IMG/VR virus record: IMGVR_UViG_3300031938_000012
Location: 1 to 38,751 of that record
Direction: 5' to 3' (one strand)
From: a virus
Taxonomy: Duplodnaviria; Caudoviricetes
DNA: 38,751 bases
Of the stretch, positions 19,372 through 27,072 are shown piece after piece (position 1 is the first letter of the stretch; each line of letters starts with the position of its first letter). The notes beneath the pieces were generated by a model. That model was not told the origin of the DNA and did no database searches. It saw only the letters and a program-made list of their open reading frames with translations. The position numbers and the translations under genes are program-made.

Positions 19372-20235
19372 ATGACTTACGAATCCATTACGGAATTTGA
19401 TTCCACCTTTTACCATGACCGGTGGCCGGGTCATCAGTACCGCTATATTGCCATTCACTGGTGGGGGGACCCCGCCCCCGGCCCAACCTTTGACGGGACG
19501 GTCAAACACCTTTTGGTGGTGGGCGTCCAAGAATATGCGTCCGTCCATTACGTGGTGGAAGCCGGCAAGGTGGCTTGCCTGTTGGACCCGGACACCCAAC
19601 TTAGTTGGGGCCAGGGTGACGGGGCCAACGGGGTGGGGAACAATTACGCAATCTCGATTGAACTAAACCCGCGTTGCTGGGATGGGGACTATCAGACGGC
19701 GGCGGAACTTATCGCGGAACTTAGGGCGGTCTACGGCCCCCTCGAGTTGCGGCCCCACCGGTCCTTTACCGCCACCGCTTGCCCCGGCAACTATGACTTG
19801 GGGCGGCTGGACCAGCTGGCCCACCAGCTGGCCAACGGCGGGGCCCCGGCTGCACCCGCGCCGGCACCCGCCCCGGCACCGCCGGCACCGGAACCAACGG
19901 CCCCGGAAGCCGGCGCGGACCCCACCCGGCTCCACTGGATTGTGGAACCAGGGGACACCCTGTCCAAGATTGCCGATTACTACGGCGGGCCGGCGGTGGG
20001 GGCCCCGTCCGCGGAACGTATCGCGGAATTTAACGGCATCCCGGACCCCAACGTCATCAGGGTGGGCCAGGTTATCTATATCCCCGGGCCGCTGGAATGG
20101 CGGGTGGACCCGGGCGACACCCTAACCAGCATTGCCGGCTATTACGGCATGACCGCGGAAGTGGTGGCGGCAAACAACGGCATGGACGTGAACGCCACCA
20201 TTTACCCCGGCCAAACCTTGCGGATTATCGACTAG
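19372..20235 (+). CDS. Endolysin: N-acetylmuramoyl-L-alanine amidase with two LysM domains
   Basis: IAIHWWG, ASVHYVV, ISIE, PH..FTATACPG Amidase_2 motifs; Pro/Ala linker; two V.PGDTL..IA.YYG LysM repeats. Confidence 0.93.
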   Translation: MTYESITEFDSTFYHDRWPGHQYRYIAIHWWGDPAPGPTFDGTVKHLLVVGVQEYASVHYVVEAGKVACLLDPDTQLSWGQGDGANGVGNNYAISIELNPRCWDGDYQTAAELIAELRAVYGPLELRPHRSFTATACPGNYDLGRLDQLAHQLANGGAPAAPAPAPAPAPPAPEPTAPEAGADPTRLHWIVEPGDTLSKIADYYGGPAVGAPSAERIAEFNGIPDPNVIRVGQVIYIPGPLEWRVDPGDTLTSIAGYYGMTAEVVAANNGMDVNATIYPGQTLRIID

Positions 20236-20248
20236 GGGGGGACTTGCC

Positions 20249-20575
20249 ATGACCGAACAACCCATTACCCCGGCCCCGCCCGTGGTCCCCACCCAAGTGG
20301 CCCGTCCCTGGCGGGCCACCTGGCGGACCGTGGTTCAGGTGGGAATCCCGGCCTTTGCCATCCTGCTGGGCATCCTGCCGGAAGTCCTGGACGAAATCGT
20401 GGCCGGCATGGGTGACCACCTGCCGGCGGGTCTGCGGGCCGGGCTGGCCGGCGCGGCGGTGGTCATTACCGCGCTTGCCGGCACCCTGGCCCGGATAGCG
20501 GCCATTCCAAAAGTCAATGAGGCGTTGCGGCTGGTCCGGCTTTCCGCGGACGGCGGCGGGCCCCTGGCCAAATAG
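20249..20575 (+). CDS. Holin
   Basis: Follows the endolysin; two TM segments; PWRATWRTVVQ motif of actinophage holins. Confidence 0.75.
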   Translation: MTEQPITPAPPVVPTQVARPWRATWRTVVQVGIPAFAILLGILPEVLDEIVAGMGDHLPAGLRAGLAGAAVVITALAGTLARIAAIPKVNEALRLVRLSADGGGPLAK

Positions 20576-20627
20576 AAAAGGACCCCGCGTCCGGCCCCCT
20601 AAAGGGCTGGACGCGGGGTCCTTTTTT
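20576..20627. terminator. Bidirectional intrinsic terminator
   Basis: aaaaggaccccgcgtccggccc-loop-gggctggacgcggggtcctttttt between convergent gene blocks. Confidence 0.85.
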
Positions 20628-20851
20628 GGTGCAAGAAACACCCTGCTTATTTGGTTATCTTGCCCGGTAAGCATAACCGGAATTTGGGGACGCCCCGGCG
20701 GGGGCTGGGGGCGTTTGGTTCAGGTGGTCTCAGAGCCTGAACCAAACCCCGCCGGGACGTCCGGTCTAGGGGGCCCGGTGGCGGGCCTTGCGGGGCCGGC
20801 TGAACAGCCTAACCCACCAGGTCATCCACCGGTCAAAAAGGCCCGGGCCGG

Positions 20852-21082
20852 TCATAACCAGGACTCCACGATGGTGGCGTCATCACCTGGTTGCCGGTCC
20901 ATGCGGAAAAGGCCCTGGGGGACGTTCTGCCGGGCTTCCGCCAACGTATCGGCCAACAGGGCTTGGCCGGGGTAAGTGTCGCCCCTGGCCACCACCCAAG
21001 GCCGGGTGACGTAGTTATCCGGGGCGTCCGCCGGGTGGGCGTAAATGGTCCAGATAACGAGGTCATCGTCAAAGCCGGCCAC
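20852..21082 (-). CDS. Hypothetical protein
   Basis: Abuts the upstream minus-strand gene; protein-like composition. Confidence 0.7.
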   Translation of the reverse strand: MAGFDDDLVIWTIYAHPADAPDNYVTRPWVVARGDTYPGQALLADTLAEARQNVPQGLFRMDRQPGDDATIVESWL

Positions 21083-21289
21083 TTAGTCCACGTCCTTTAT
21101 CCGGGACGGTCTGGACGCGTTCCATGCGTCGATAGTCGCCGGCAACCAACCCACTTGGCGGACCCCTATTTGGGCGTCCGGAGCCGGCAGTTTGTACCGG
21201 TTCAGGGTGTCGGTTTTTACCCCGATACGTTCCGCCACTTCCGGGCGGCTTAGATACCGGACCGGGCCTATTCCGCGTTTGGTTTTCAT
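21083..21289 (-). CDS. AlpA/excisionase-like HTH DNA-binding protein
   Basis: YLSRPEVAERIGVKTDTLNRYKLPAPD..IG..GWLPATIDAW pattern. Confidence 0.8.
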   Translation of the reverse strand: MKTKRGIGPVRYLSRPEVAERIGVKTDTLNRYKLPAPDAQIGVRQVGWLPATIDAWNASRPSRIKDVD

Positions 21290-21290
21290 A

Positions 21291-21869
21291 TCAAATCAGT
21301 TGCCCCGCCATGGGCTGGTCCATGGCCCGTTGGGCGCGGGCGGCGCGGTTCGCTTCCGCCTGGGCTTTGCGTTCCGCTTTGGCTTGGTCCTTTAGGTGGC
21401 GTTGGGTTTCATCGTAGAGGTCCAGATACTTTTGGGGGATGCGCCCGGACGGGGCGACTTCCCAACCCTGTTGGGCTATCCATTCACGAATGGCGAGGCG
21501 TTCCTTTGTGGACCTGCCCACCAACCCGTTGCCCGGCTTTAGCTTGCCCTTGGGGGCCGGGACGTCCCGCGGTTCAGTAGCCGGCACCGGAAGCGCGTTC
21601 ATTCGCTTGGGCTGCGGCAACCGGGATTCGTCCACCTCGTTTAGTTCGTCATCCACCGTTATGGACCCGTCCAGAATCCGGGCCATGTTCCGGGCGTGGA
21701 CCGAAGCATTGGGGGCCGATTCGGCATAAGCCAAGGCCCGTTCTATCCGGTTCCTAAGTTCCAATGAAGACTCAATGGACTTAGCCGCAATCGCGGACAT
21801 TTGGTCTTCACCGCCCATAGACACCAACAGGTTATTGGCGGCTATCAGGTCATGGAGCTTAATCGTCAT
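21291..21869 (-). CDS. Protein with Lsr2-like DNA-binding domain
   Basis: AIREWIAQQGWEVAPSGRIPQKYLDLYD resembles the Lsr2 C-terminal motif IREWA..NG..VS.RGRIP. Confidence 0.75.
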   Translation of the reverse strand: MTIKLHDLIAANNLLVSMGGEDQMSAIAAKSIESSLELRNRIERALAYAESAPNASVHARNMARILDGSITVDDELNEVDESRLPQPKRMNALPVPATEPRDVPAPKGKLKPGNGLVGRSTKERLAIREWIAQQGWEVAPSGRIPQKYLDLYDETQRHLKDQAKAERKAQAEANRAARAQRAMDQPMAGQLI

Positions 21870-22203
21870 TCTGAACCACCACTAGGCGCTTATCTGACGG
21901 GGCCGGACGGCGAAGTGGGGCCCGCTTTGGAGTGTGGTAACAGATGGTTCCAATAAGCCCAACGGACACCCCGTAACGTTCGGCCAGTTGCTTGGCCGTG
22001 AACTTGCCGGAACGGTATTCCCGCATGATTGCTTGCATGGCACCGGCGGCAAGTTTCCGGGGCCGGCCCACCGCGTCATAGTACCTATCAACAGGCTCGT
22101 GGACGGCCTGTTCCGATTCGATTCTTTCCGGCTGTTCAGTCACTAGGCGGGGCCTTTCCGGGCGGGCGTTTCCATCGTGGTTGTCTGCTAATGCGAGGGT
22201 CAC
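21859..22203 (-). CDS. HTH DNA-binding protein (resolvase-type HTH)
   Basis: GRPRKL...FTAKQLAERYGVSVGLI; RBS GAAAGGA. Confidence 0.75.
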   Translation of the reverse strand: MTLALADNHDGNARPERPRLVTEQPERIESEQAVHEPVDRYYDAVGRPRKLAAGAMQAIMREYRSGKFTAKQLAERYGVSVGLIGTICYHTPKRAPLRRPAPSDKRLVVVQNDD

Positions 22204-22283
22204 GGGGGTTTATCCTTTCGGTGGTCTGCGGCTTCCGTCTATAAAGCTACAGCACAATTAGACGGTTTCAGTTAGCAAGGTCA

Positions 22284-22391
22284 CTATCTGACCGGGTCCG
22301 CGTCTTTCGCTTGGTCCGCTTGGTCCATGTTCCGGGCTAGGGGGTACAGGCAAGCGAGCATGACCGCGCCGGCCAGGACGGCGGCAATCAT
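22284..22391 (-). CDS. Small hypothetical membrane peptide
   Basis: ATGA overlap with the upstream gene; MIAAVLAGAVMLACLYPL; 35 aa. Confidence 0.5.
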   Translation of the reverse strand: MIAAVLAGAVMLACLYPLARNMDQADQAKDADPVR

Positions 22392-22885
22392 TTGGCCACC
22401 GCCGCGGCAATCATGGTCCGGGCCTGGTCCAGATTGAGGGCGATACCGTCCCCCACGTAGCCCATAAGCCGCCCGTCATGGTGGACCTCCTCGACCCACC
22501 AAACACTGTTCAGGTCTTCCGCCCGGACCTGGAAGTAACGCCCGCCGGCTTGGGTGTACCGGGTCCGGTAGGGGTTCTTTATGGCCGAATTCCACGGGGC
22601 CACCTGACTAAGCCGGATGCCGGCCCCGGCCTTGGGCGGCGCGGTCATCCGGGCCAAGACCACGTTGTCTTCCGAATAGATGACCGTCTCGCCGCGGCGG
22701 GTGTAGGTCCAGACCCGGGCCCGGTCCACGATGACGTCCGCGGCGTCCGACACGAACACTTCCCAATGGTGGGCCGCGCCGGACCGCTTGCCCTGGCGGA
22801 ACGCTTCCACCTTGCCCCCCGCGGGGACCTGGTGGGCGGTCCCCCACCAGGTCACCACGGCGGCTTGCGCCTGTTCCCGGTTCAC
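22388..22885 (-). CDS. Hypothetical protein
   Basis: GTGA overlap with the upstream gene. Confidence 0.7.
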   Translation of the reverse strand: MNREQAQAAVVTWWGTAHQVPAGGKVEAFRQGKRSGAAHHWEVFVSDAADVIVDRARVWTYTRRGETVIYSEDNVVLARMTAPPKAGAGIRLSQVAPWNSAIKNPYRTRYTQAGGRYFQVRAEDLNSVWWVEEVHHDGRLMGYVGDGIALNLDQARTMIAAAVAK

Positions 22886-23232
22886 TTGGCCACCGGGGCC
22901 AGGTAGCCGGCCTCGAACCAAACGAGGTTATGGTAGGCCGTCTTTACCTGAACCATGACGGCCCCCTCGTGGCCGATAAGTTCCGTGGTGGTCTGGACAA
23001 CGGTTCCAAACCGGTTTCCGTCATAGGTGACGGTTTCGCCGGCGCTAAAGCCGGATACCGGCGCGGCCACCATGGCCCGGACCCGGGCGTCATGGGCCAG
23101 CCATGCTTCCGTGGCCTTGCACCGTTCGCAAGTGGTCTTGCTGGTGTCCTGGTCCAAAAGGCTGTTGCGTTGGCCGAACGCGTCCGCGCCGCAAGCGAAA
23201 GTGGAACCGGGGTAAAGGGCGAAGTGCTGCAT
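22882..23232 (-). CDS. Hypothetical protein (C...CxxC N-terminus)
   Basis: RBS AGGAGA before the ATG at 23232. Confidence 0.75.
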   Translation of the reverse strand: MQHFALYPGSTFACGADAFGQRNSLLDQDTSKTTCERCKATEAWLAHDARVRAMVAAPVSGFSAGETVTYDGNRFGTVVQTTTELIGHEGAVMVQVKTAYHNLVWFEAGYLAPVAK

Positions 23233-23272
23233 GGTGTCTCCTTGGCTGGTGTTCCTGCTGTTCGTCAATAGT

Positions 23273-23290
23273 TACACGTCTAGACGTGTA
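23273..23290. promoter_or_regulatory. Perfect 18-bp palindrome TACACGTCTAGACGTGTA
   Basis: Seen directly; upstream of the leftward operon; contains overlapping CGTCTA/TAGACG half-sites. Confidence 0.65.
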
Positions 23291-23560
23291 TGGGAAGACC
23301 TACGGGAACACGGATTCACGGACCCACGGGAACCAGTAAACACGGGGGCCCGGATTTACGGGCATCCGTGGACCCGTGACCCCGCATAAAATCCATACGG
23401 GAATACGGCAATACGCCTTTACGGCAACACGTGACCCCGTAAACACGTAACCCCGTGGACCCGTGTTCCCGCATGAAAATGGCCCGTAACCACGGGGTTG
23501 CGGGCCTACGTGGTTACGGGCTTGGGCGATTATGGATATACGGGCCTACGGGCTTAGGGG
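23289..23560. repeat. parS-like array of 8-bp-periodic YACGGGnn repeats
   Basis: tacggg/cacggg/cccgta/cccgtg units in direct and inverted blocks, downstream of the parA operon. Confidence 0.75.
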
Positions 23561-23599
23561 TCCGGACGCCGGCCCGGGGCCCGGCCACCCCCGGCCAGG

Positions 23600-23827
23600 T
23601 CACCGCGGTGGGGGCCATTCCATGCCGCTGGGGCCCGGGCCGCGGGCCGGCACCGGGGGCGCGGCGGCGTCCTGCTGCTGGACCTGCCGGACGTGGCGGC
23701 GGTGCTCGGTGTCCTGGTCATCCCGCCGGCCCGTCAAGGGGTAGAACCACGCCCCACAACGGCATTGGGCCCCCTGCTTGGGGCCGAAGTACCGGAAGCC
23801 GGCGTGGGGGTCCTGGTCCGCCGCCAT
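23600..23827 (-). CDS. Hypothetical protein
   Basis: TAATG overlap with the ParA partner gene; CRCG motif. Confidence 0.6.
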   Translation of the reverse strand: MAADQDPHAGFRYFGPKQGAQCRCGAWFYPLTGRRDDQDTEHRRHVRQVQQQDAAAPPVPARGPGPSGMEWPPPR

Positions 23828-24120
23828 TAGCCCACGTTGTCCACTATGCGTTGGGCCACCCGGTCCGCTAGGTCCGGGTCATCCTGCAATTCCATGATGA
23901 GGGCCCGGAACACTTCCACGGTGGGGATTCGGACCTTGCCAACCCGGGCGGGGACGCCGTGGGCATCGGCAAAGGTCCGGACGTAGTCATAGAATCCGTG
24001 GTCCACTTCCACGGTCATTTTGACCGGGGCGGTTCGGACCGCCGGCGGGGCGGGCTGGTGGGCGGGCTGGTCCGCGGTGACGGCGGCAAGGCGGGCCGCG
24101 GCGTTGGTGGACTTGGTCAT
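23827..24120 (-). CDS. ParA partner, putative centromere-binding protein (ribbon-helix-helix-like)
   Basis: ATGA overlap with parA; flexible Ala/Pro N-terminus then VKMTVEVD beta-strand and helices, as in type Ib ParG-like proteins. Confidence 0.65.
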   Translation of the reverse strand: MTKSTNAAARLAAVTADQPAHQPAPPAVRTAPVKMTVEVDHGFYDYVRTFADAHGVPARVGKVRIPTVEVFRALIMELQDDPDLADRVAQRIVDNVG

Positions 24121-24752
24121 GGTGTCTCCTCGAGTAGTTGCATGGCTGCGGATTGGTGGCCGAACAGGGGGCCGGTTATGGGCGAGCCCATGGCTTGGGC
24201 CAGGGGTTCCCGGCGCGGGATTGCCACCTGGAACACGTGGGACCCGCGGGCGGTTAGCAGGTCCCGGGTTGCTTCCGTGGACCCGGCGTTGGCCACGGCC
24301 CGGTTTAGCAGGAACCAAACGTCCCGGGGGTCTTTGCCGGCGTCCTGAACGGCAAGCAGGGTCCGGGCTATCCGGCGGGCTTCCATGGTGGTGGGGCCAA
24401 TGGGGATGACCACCAGGTCCGCGGCCCGCATGGCGGAATGGACTATGCCCACGGGGGCCCGTTCCGCTTCCGCTTTGTTCTGCGGGCTTACCCCTGGGGT
24501 GTCAATGATGACCACGTCATATTTGCGGCCAACGATTCCGGGGAGCCGGCGGTGCAAGGTCTTTTCCGCTAGGCCAATGGTGGGGATGGTCCAGTGGGCC
24601 AGTTCCGCCCATTCGGTTATGGATTGCTGCGGGTCCGCGTCCACCACGATGACGGACCGGCCAAGGCCGGCGAACGCGTGGGCCAGGTATGCCGCGGACG
24701 TGGACTTGGCGGTCCCGCCTTTCAGGTTGGCCACGGCAATGGTGAGGGTCAT
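24117..24752 (-). CDS. parA: ParA partition ATPase (type Ib, no N-terminal HTH)
   Basis: Deviant Walker A NLKGGTAKST, VVDADPQ, YDVVIIDTP, AADLVVIP. Confidence 0.95.
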   Translation of the reverse strand: MTLTIAVANLKGGTAKSTSAAYLAHAFAGLGRSVIVVDADPQQSITEWAELAHWTIPTIGLAEKTLHRRLPGIVGRKYDVVIIDTPGVSPQNKAEAERAPVGIVHSAMRAADLVVIPIGPTTMEARRIARTLLAVQDAGKDPRDVWFLLNRAVANAGSTEATRDLLTARGSHVFQVAIPRREPLAQAMGSPITGPLFGHQSAAMQLLEETP

Positions 24753-24988
24753 CGTCCGGCCAATGGGTTGGGGTTGCCGGCGCGGAACGCGGTTAGGGCG
24801 TCATGCATCCGGATGAACTGGAGGGCCTGTTGGCGGAACTGCGGGCGGTCCCATTCGGGCCATTCGTCTTGCACCATCTCGAGGTCCACGGCGGCTTCCC
24901 ATGCGGCCAGGTATTGGGCCAGGGCTTCCACCTCGTCACGGGGCAGGTAGGGGGCGGGGGTGGTTTCGGGGCTATGAGGGGTAGTCAT
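24749..24988 (-). CDS. Hypothetical protein, first gene of the par operon (probably leaderless)
   Basis: ATGA overlap with parA; TATAGT -10-like hexamer 6 nt upstream of the ATG. Confidence 0.65.
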   Translation of the reverse strand: MTTPHSPETTPAPYLPRDEVEALAQYLAAWEAAVDLEMVQDEWPEWDRPQFRQQALQFIRMHDALTAFRAGNPNPLAGR

Positions 24989-25002
24989 GGGCTGACTATA
25001 TC

Positions 25003-25040
25003 CGGGCTTACGGGTCCCCGTAAACACGTAAACGTCCATA
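25003..25040. repeat. Second parS-like repeat block over the par promoter
   Basis: ccccgtaaacacgtaa at 25016-25031 is identical to 23435-23450. Confidence 0.7.
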
Positions 25041-25056
25041 AATTAAGATTGGCCCC

Positions 25057-25410
25057 ATGGACCTTTACTTTGACCGGCAGGGCCAACCGATGCCCCGGGA
25101 CGCTTGGGTGGCTGCAAAGACCCGCGGCGTGGTCCACGTGGGCCTTGCGGACCTGGGGCGGGCCGGCAGGGTATCCACCATATGGCTGGGCCTGGATATG
25201 GGCGTGGGGCTGAATTGGGCCCCGCCCCTGATATTCGAAACCATGGTCTTTGGCGGACCCCTGGACGGTTTCGTCTGCCGGTACTACACCGAGGCCCAAG
25301 CCCGCCGCGGCCACCAGCTGGCCGTCCAGCTGGTCCGGAAGAATCGCCCAAGACCACTAATCCACAATGGCCGAAAATTCCGAACCGGCGATTTTTCGCG
25401 CCCGCGTTAA
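25057..25410 (+). CDS. Hypothetical protein
   Basis: VSTIWLGLD..PPLIFETMVFGG..RYYTEAQARRGH resembles a recurring small phage protein; TAAGAT 7 nt upstream of the ATG suggests leaderless translation. Confidence 0.75.
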   Translation: MDLYFDRQGQPMPRDAWVAAKTRGVVHVGLADLGRAGRVSTIWLGLDMGVGLNWAPPLIFETMVFGGPLDGFVCRYYTEAQARRGHQLAVQLVRKNRPRPLIHNGRKFRTGDFSRPR

Positions 25411-25860
25411 CTTAGGTGAGGTACTAGATACAGTCTTGGGCTAGGTGGGTGGGTATCTAGTAGTCCGCTTTTCGGGGCAAGGCGGCTTGCCGCCGCGGCA
25501 GCGTGGGGGAGGCCCGCTAGGGCCGGGGGCCGGGCCCCCATCCCACCTTTGTAAGTGGCTGCACGTCACCTAACTTGGGTGGCACTCACCCCGGCGTCCC
25601 ATCACGAAAATTCCGCGTCATCCACCCGTTACCCCGGCTTATCCGGGCATCAAATCCGGACCAGGGGCGGGGCCTAACCGCGTAAAGGCTGGACCACTGC
25701 AACGTGGGTTAGACCCCGGGATGGGCGGGGCCCCGGAATTTTGGGCATGACGGAATAGCCGGACCGGGCGGCGGCTTTGTCTTGGGCTGCTGGTGGGTGC
25801 CTGATTTTGGCAAGGGGGTATTACGGCGGGGACTTTCCATCCTTTCGGGGGCCATATTCG
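25411..25860 (-). other. Structured non-coding region; candidate replication origin/primer RNA
   Basis: No ORF of 60 aa or more on either strand; multiple inverted repeats; adjacent to the par cassette. Confidence 0.45.
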
Positions 25861-25866
25861 GACAAT

Positions 25867-25899
25867 AAAAAAAGCCGGACGCTTGAACGCGTCACGGCT
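25867..25899 (-). terminator. Intrinsic terminator/attenuator on the minus strand
   Basis: Minus strand agccgtgacgc-gttcaa-gcgtccggct then a T run. Confidence 0.7.
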
Positions 25900-25929
25900 G
25901 AATTGTCCGTCCCCGCCCTATACCATAGG

Positions 25930-26015
25930 GAACAGAGGGCAGACGTTCGGGGCTAAGACGAACGTTCTAGCTTAGAAACCGTTCGGGCTTGCCGGCCCGG
26001 GCGGTTTCGCTTTTT
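25930..26015 (+). ncRNA. Putative ~85 nt two-hairpin antisense RNA
   Basis: CTGAAT-17-TACCAT promoter-like sequence; hairpin gacgttcg/cgaacgtt; terminator gaaaccgttcgggc/gcccgggcggtttc then gcttttt, with G-U pairs favouring the + strand. Confidence 0.5.
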
Positions 26016-26076
26016 GCAAACATATCTTAAGAATTGGGCCCGGCCAGGTATCCGACACGCCGGGGCCCGTCTCCAC

Positions 26077-26112
26077 AAAAAAGACCCCCGGCGTCCCGCG
26101 CCGGGGGTCTTT
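26077..26112 (-). terminator. Terminator of the repressor gene (possibly bidirectional)
   Basis: aaaaaagacccccggcg-loop-cgccgggggtcttt. Confidence 0.8.
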
Positions 26113-26118
26113 CATGTT

Positions 26119-26508
26119 CTAGGATGCGGCCCGCAAGGTCCGCCGGTCCTTTAGCGATTGGATGACCACGGCGGCGGTTTCCAAGTCATCGGGGGCCAGG
26201 TCCCGCAAGGTGGCCACGATAAGGTCCAGCCGGTGGCCCCCGGCGTATCCGTCCGGGGTTATGCCGGCGGTGGTCATGGCGGCTTCCTGAACCACCTTTA
26301 GGGGCAGGTTTAGACCGTGGGACAACCGCTCGATGGTGTCCGCCCGTGGCATGTTGTTTTGCTTGGTGTTAGCTAACTGGCCAATCTTGGCTTTGGAAAG
26401 GCCGGCGCGGTTGGCAATCATTGAGTAAGAATCCCCCGTCCGGTCCTGGTGGTTCCGGATTAGGTCCGATAGCGTCAATGGCTTTTCCTGGTCCTGTTCT
26501 GCGGTCAT
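26119..26508 (-). CDS. Immunity repressor (XRE HTH)
   Basis: SYSMIANRAGLSKAKIGQLAN..MPRADTIERLSHGL; divergent from the cro-like gene. Confidence 0.85.
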   Translation of the reverse strand: MTAEQDQEKPLTLSDLIRNHQDRTGDSYSMIANRAGLSKAKIGQLANTKQNNMPRADTIERLSHGLNLPLKVVQEAAMTTAGITPDGYAGGHRLDLIVATLRDLAPDDLETAAVVIQSLKDRRTLRAAS

Positions 26509-26574
26509 TACGGTTGCTCCCTTTTGGTGGTCCATTTGGTCATGCTTGACGGCGTCCCCCTGACACCTAGGCCG

Positions 26575-26593
26575 AGTCTATAAAACATAGACG
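26575..26593. promoter_or_regulatory. Operator AGTCTA-N7-TAGACG
   Basis: In the repressor/cro intergenic region. Confidence 0.75.
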
Positions 26594-26741
26594 GTTGCGT
26601 CCAGAAATTGGCCAGCACCCTTAGCACGTCCCTCCGACATTAGACACCCCGCCGCCGCGCCCTGGTGGTTCGGAACGGACGCCACGCCGGATGGGTCCCT
26701 GGTGCCTTGGTCCTGACCTCGGGCCCCTGCTAACGTCGAAA

Positions 26742-26760
26742 CGTCTAAAGAACTTAGACG
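26742..26760. promoter_or_regulatory. Operator CGTCTA-N7-TAGACG (perfect half-sites)
   Basis: Immediately upstream of the cro-like gene RBS. Confidence 0.8.
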
Positions 26761-26781
26761 GGGAACACGAAAGGTTTAGAC

Positions 26782-27072
26782 GTGCCAATCCTGGAAGACC
26801 TGCCGGACCTGCCGGACGTCAAGGTGTACGTCCGCGCCCGGACCGCGCCCGGCGGCGGGGAAACCGCCCTGGCCGTGGCCATGCGGGACGCCAATAAGGG
26901 GGTCTGGAAGATTGAAAAAGAATCCGGGGTGTCCCACCAAACCGTCCAGAACCTCCGCAACGGCAAGGGCGGCATTGAACAACGAAAGGCCGCGGCCATT
27001 GCCGATGCCCTGGGGGTCCCCACGGGGGACCTGTTCGCCCACGCCGCTGACCTGGCCGGGGACGTCCTATGA
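26782..27072 (+). CDS. Cro-like HTH protein
   Basis: VWKIEKESGVSHQTVQNLRNG..AAAIADALGVPTGDLF. Confidence 0.85.
   Translation: MPILEDLPDLPDVKVYVRARTAPGGGETALAVAMRDANKGVWKIEKESGVSHQTVQNLRNGKGGIEQRKAAAIADALGVPTGDLFAHAADLAGDVL

Noticed and set aside
21083-21289. Excisionase implying an integration system
   Set aside because: No integrase or attP/tRNA-like core was found; AlpA-like HTH proteins are often regulators.
23289-23560. Possible CRISPR array or Rep iterons
   Set aside because: Units are degenerate 8-mers without unique spacers and there are no cas genes. Position flanking parA and the copy over the par promoter fit parS better.
25709-25855. Short minus-strand ORF MAPERMESPRRNTPLPK... 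as a Rep or leader peptide
   Set aside because: Under 50 aa, Pro-rich, with no Rep motif or well-spaced RBS. A leader-peptide role cannot be fully excluded.
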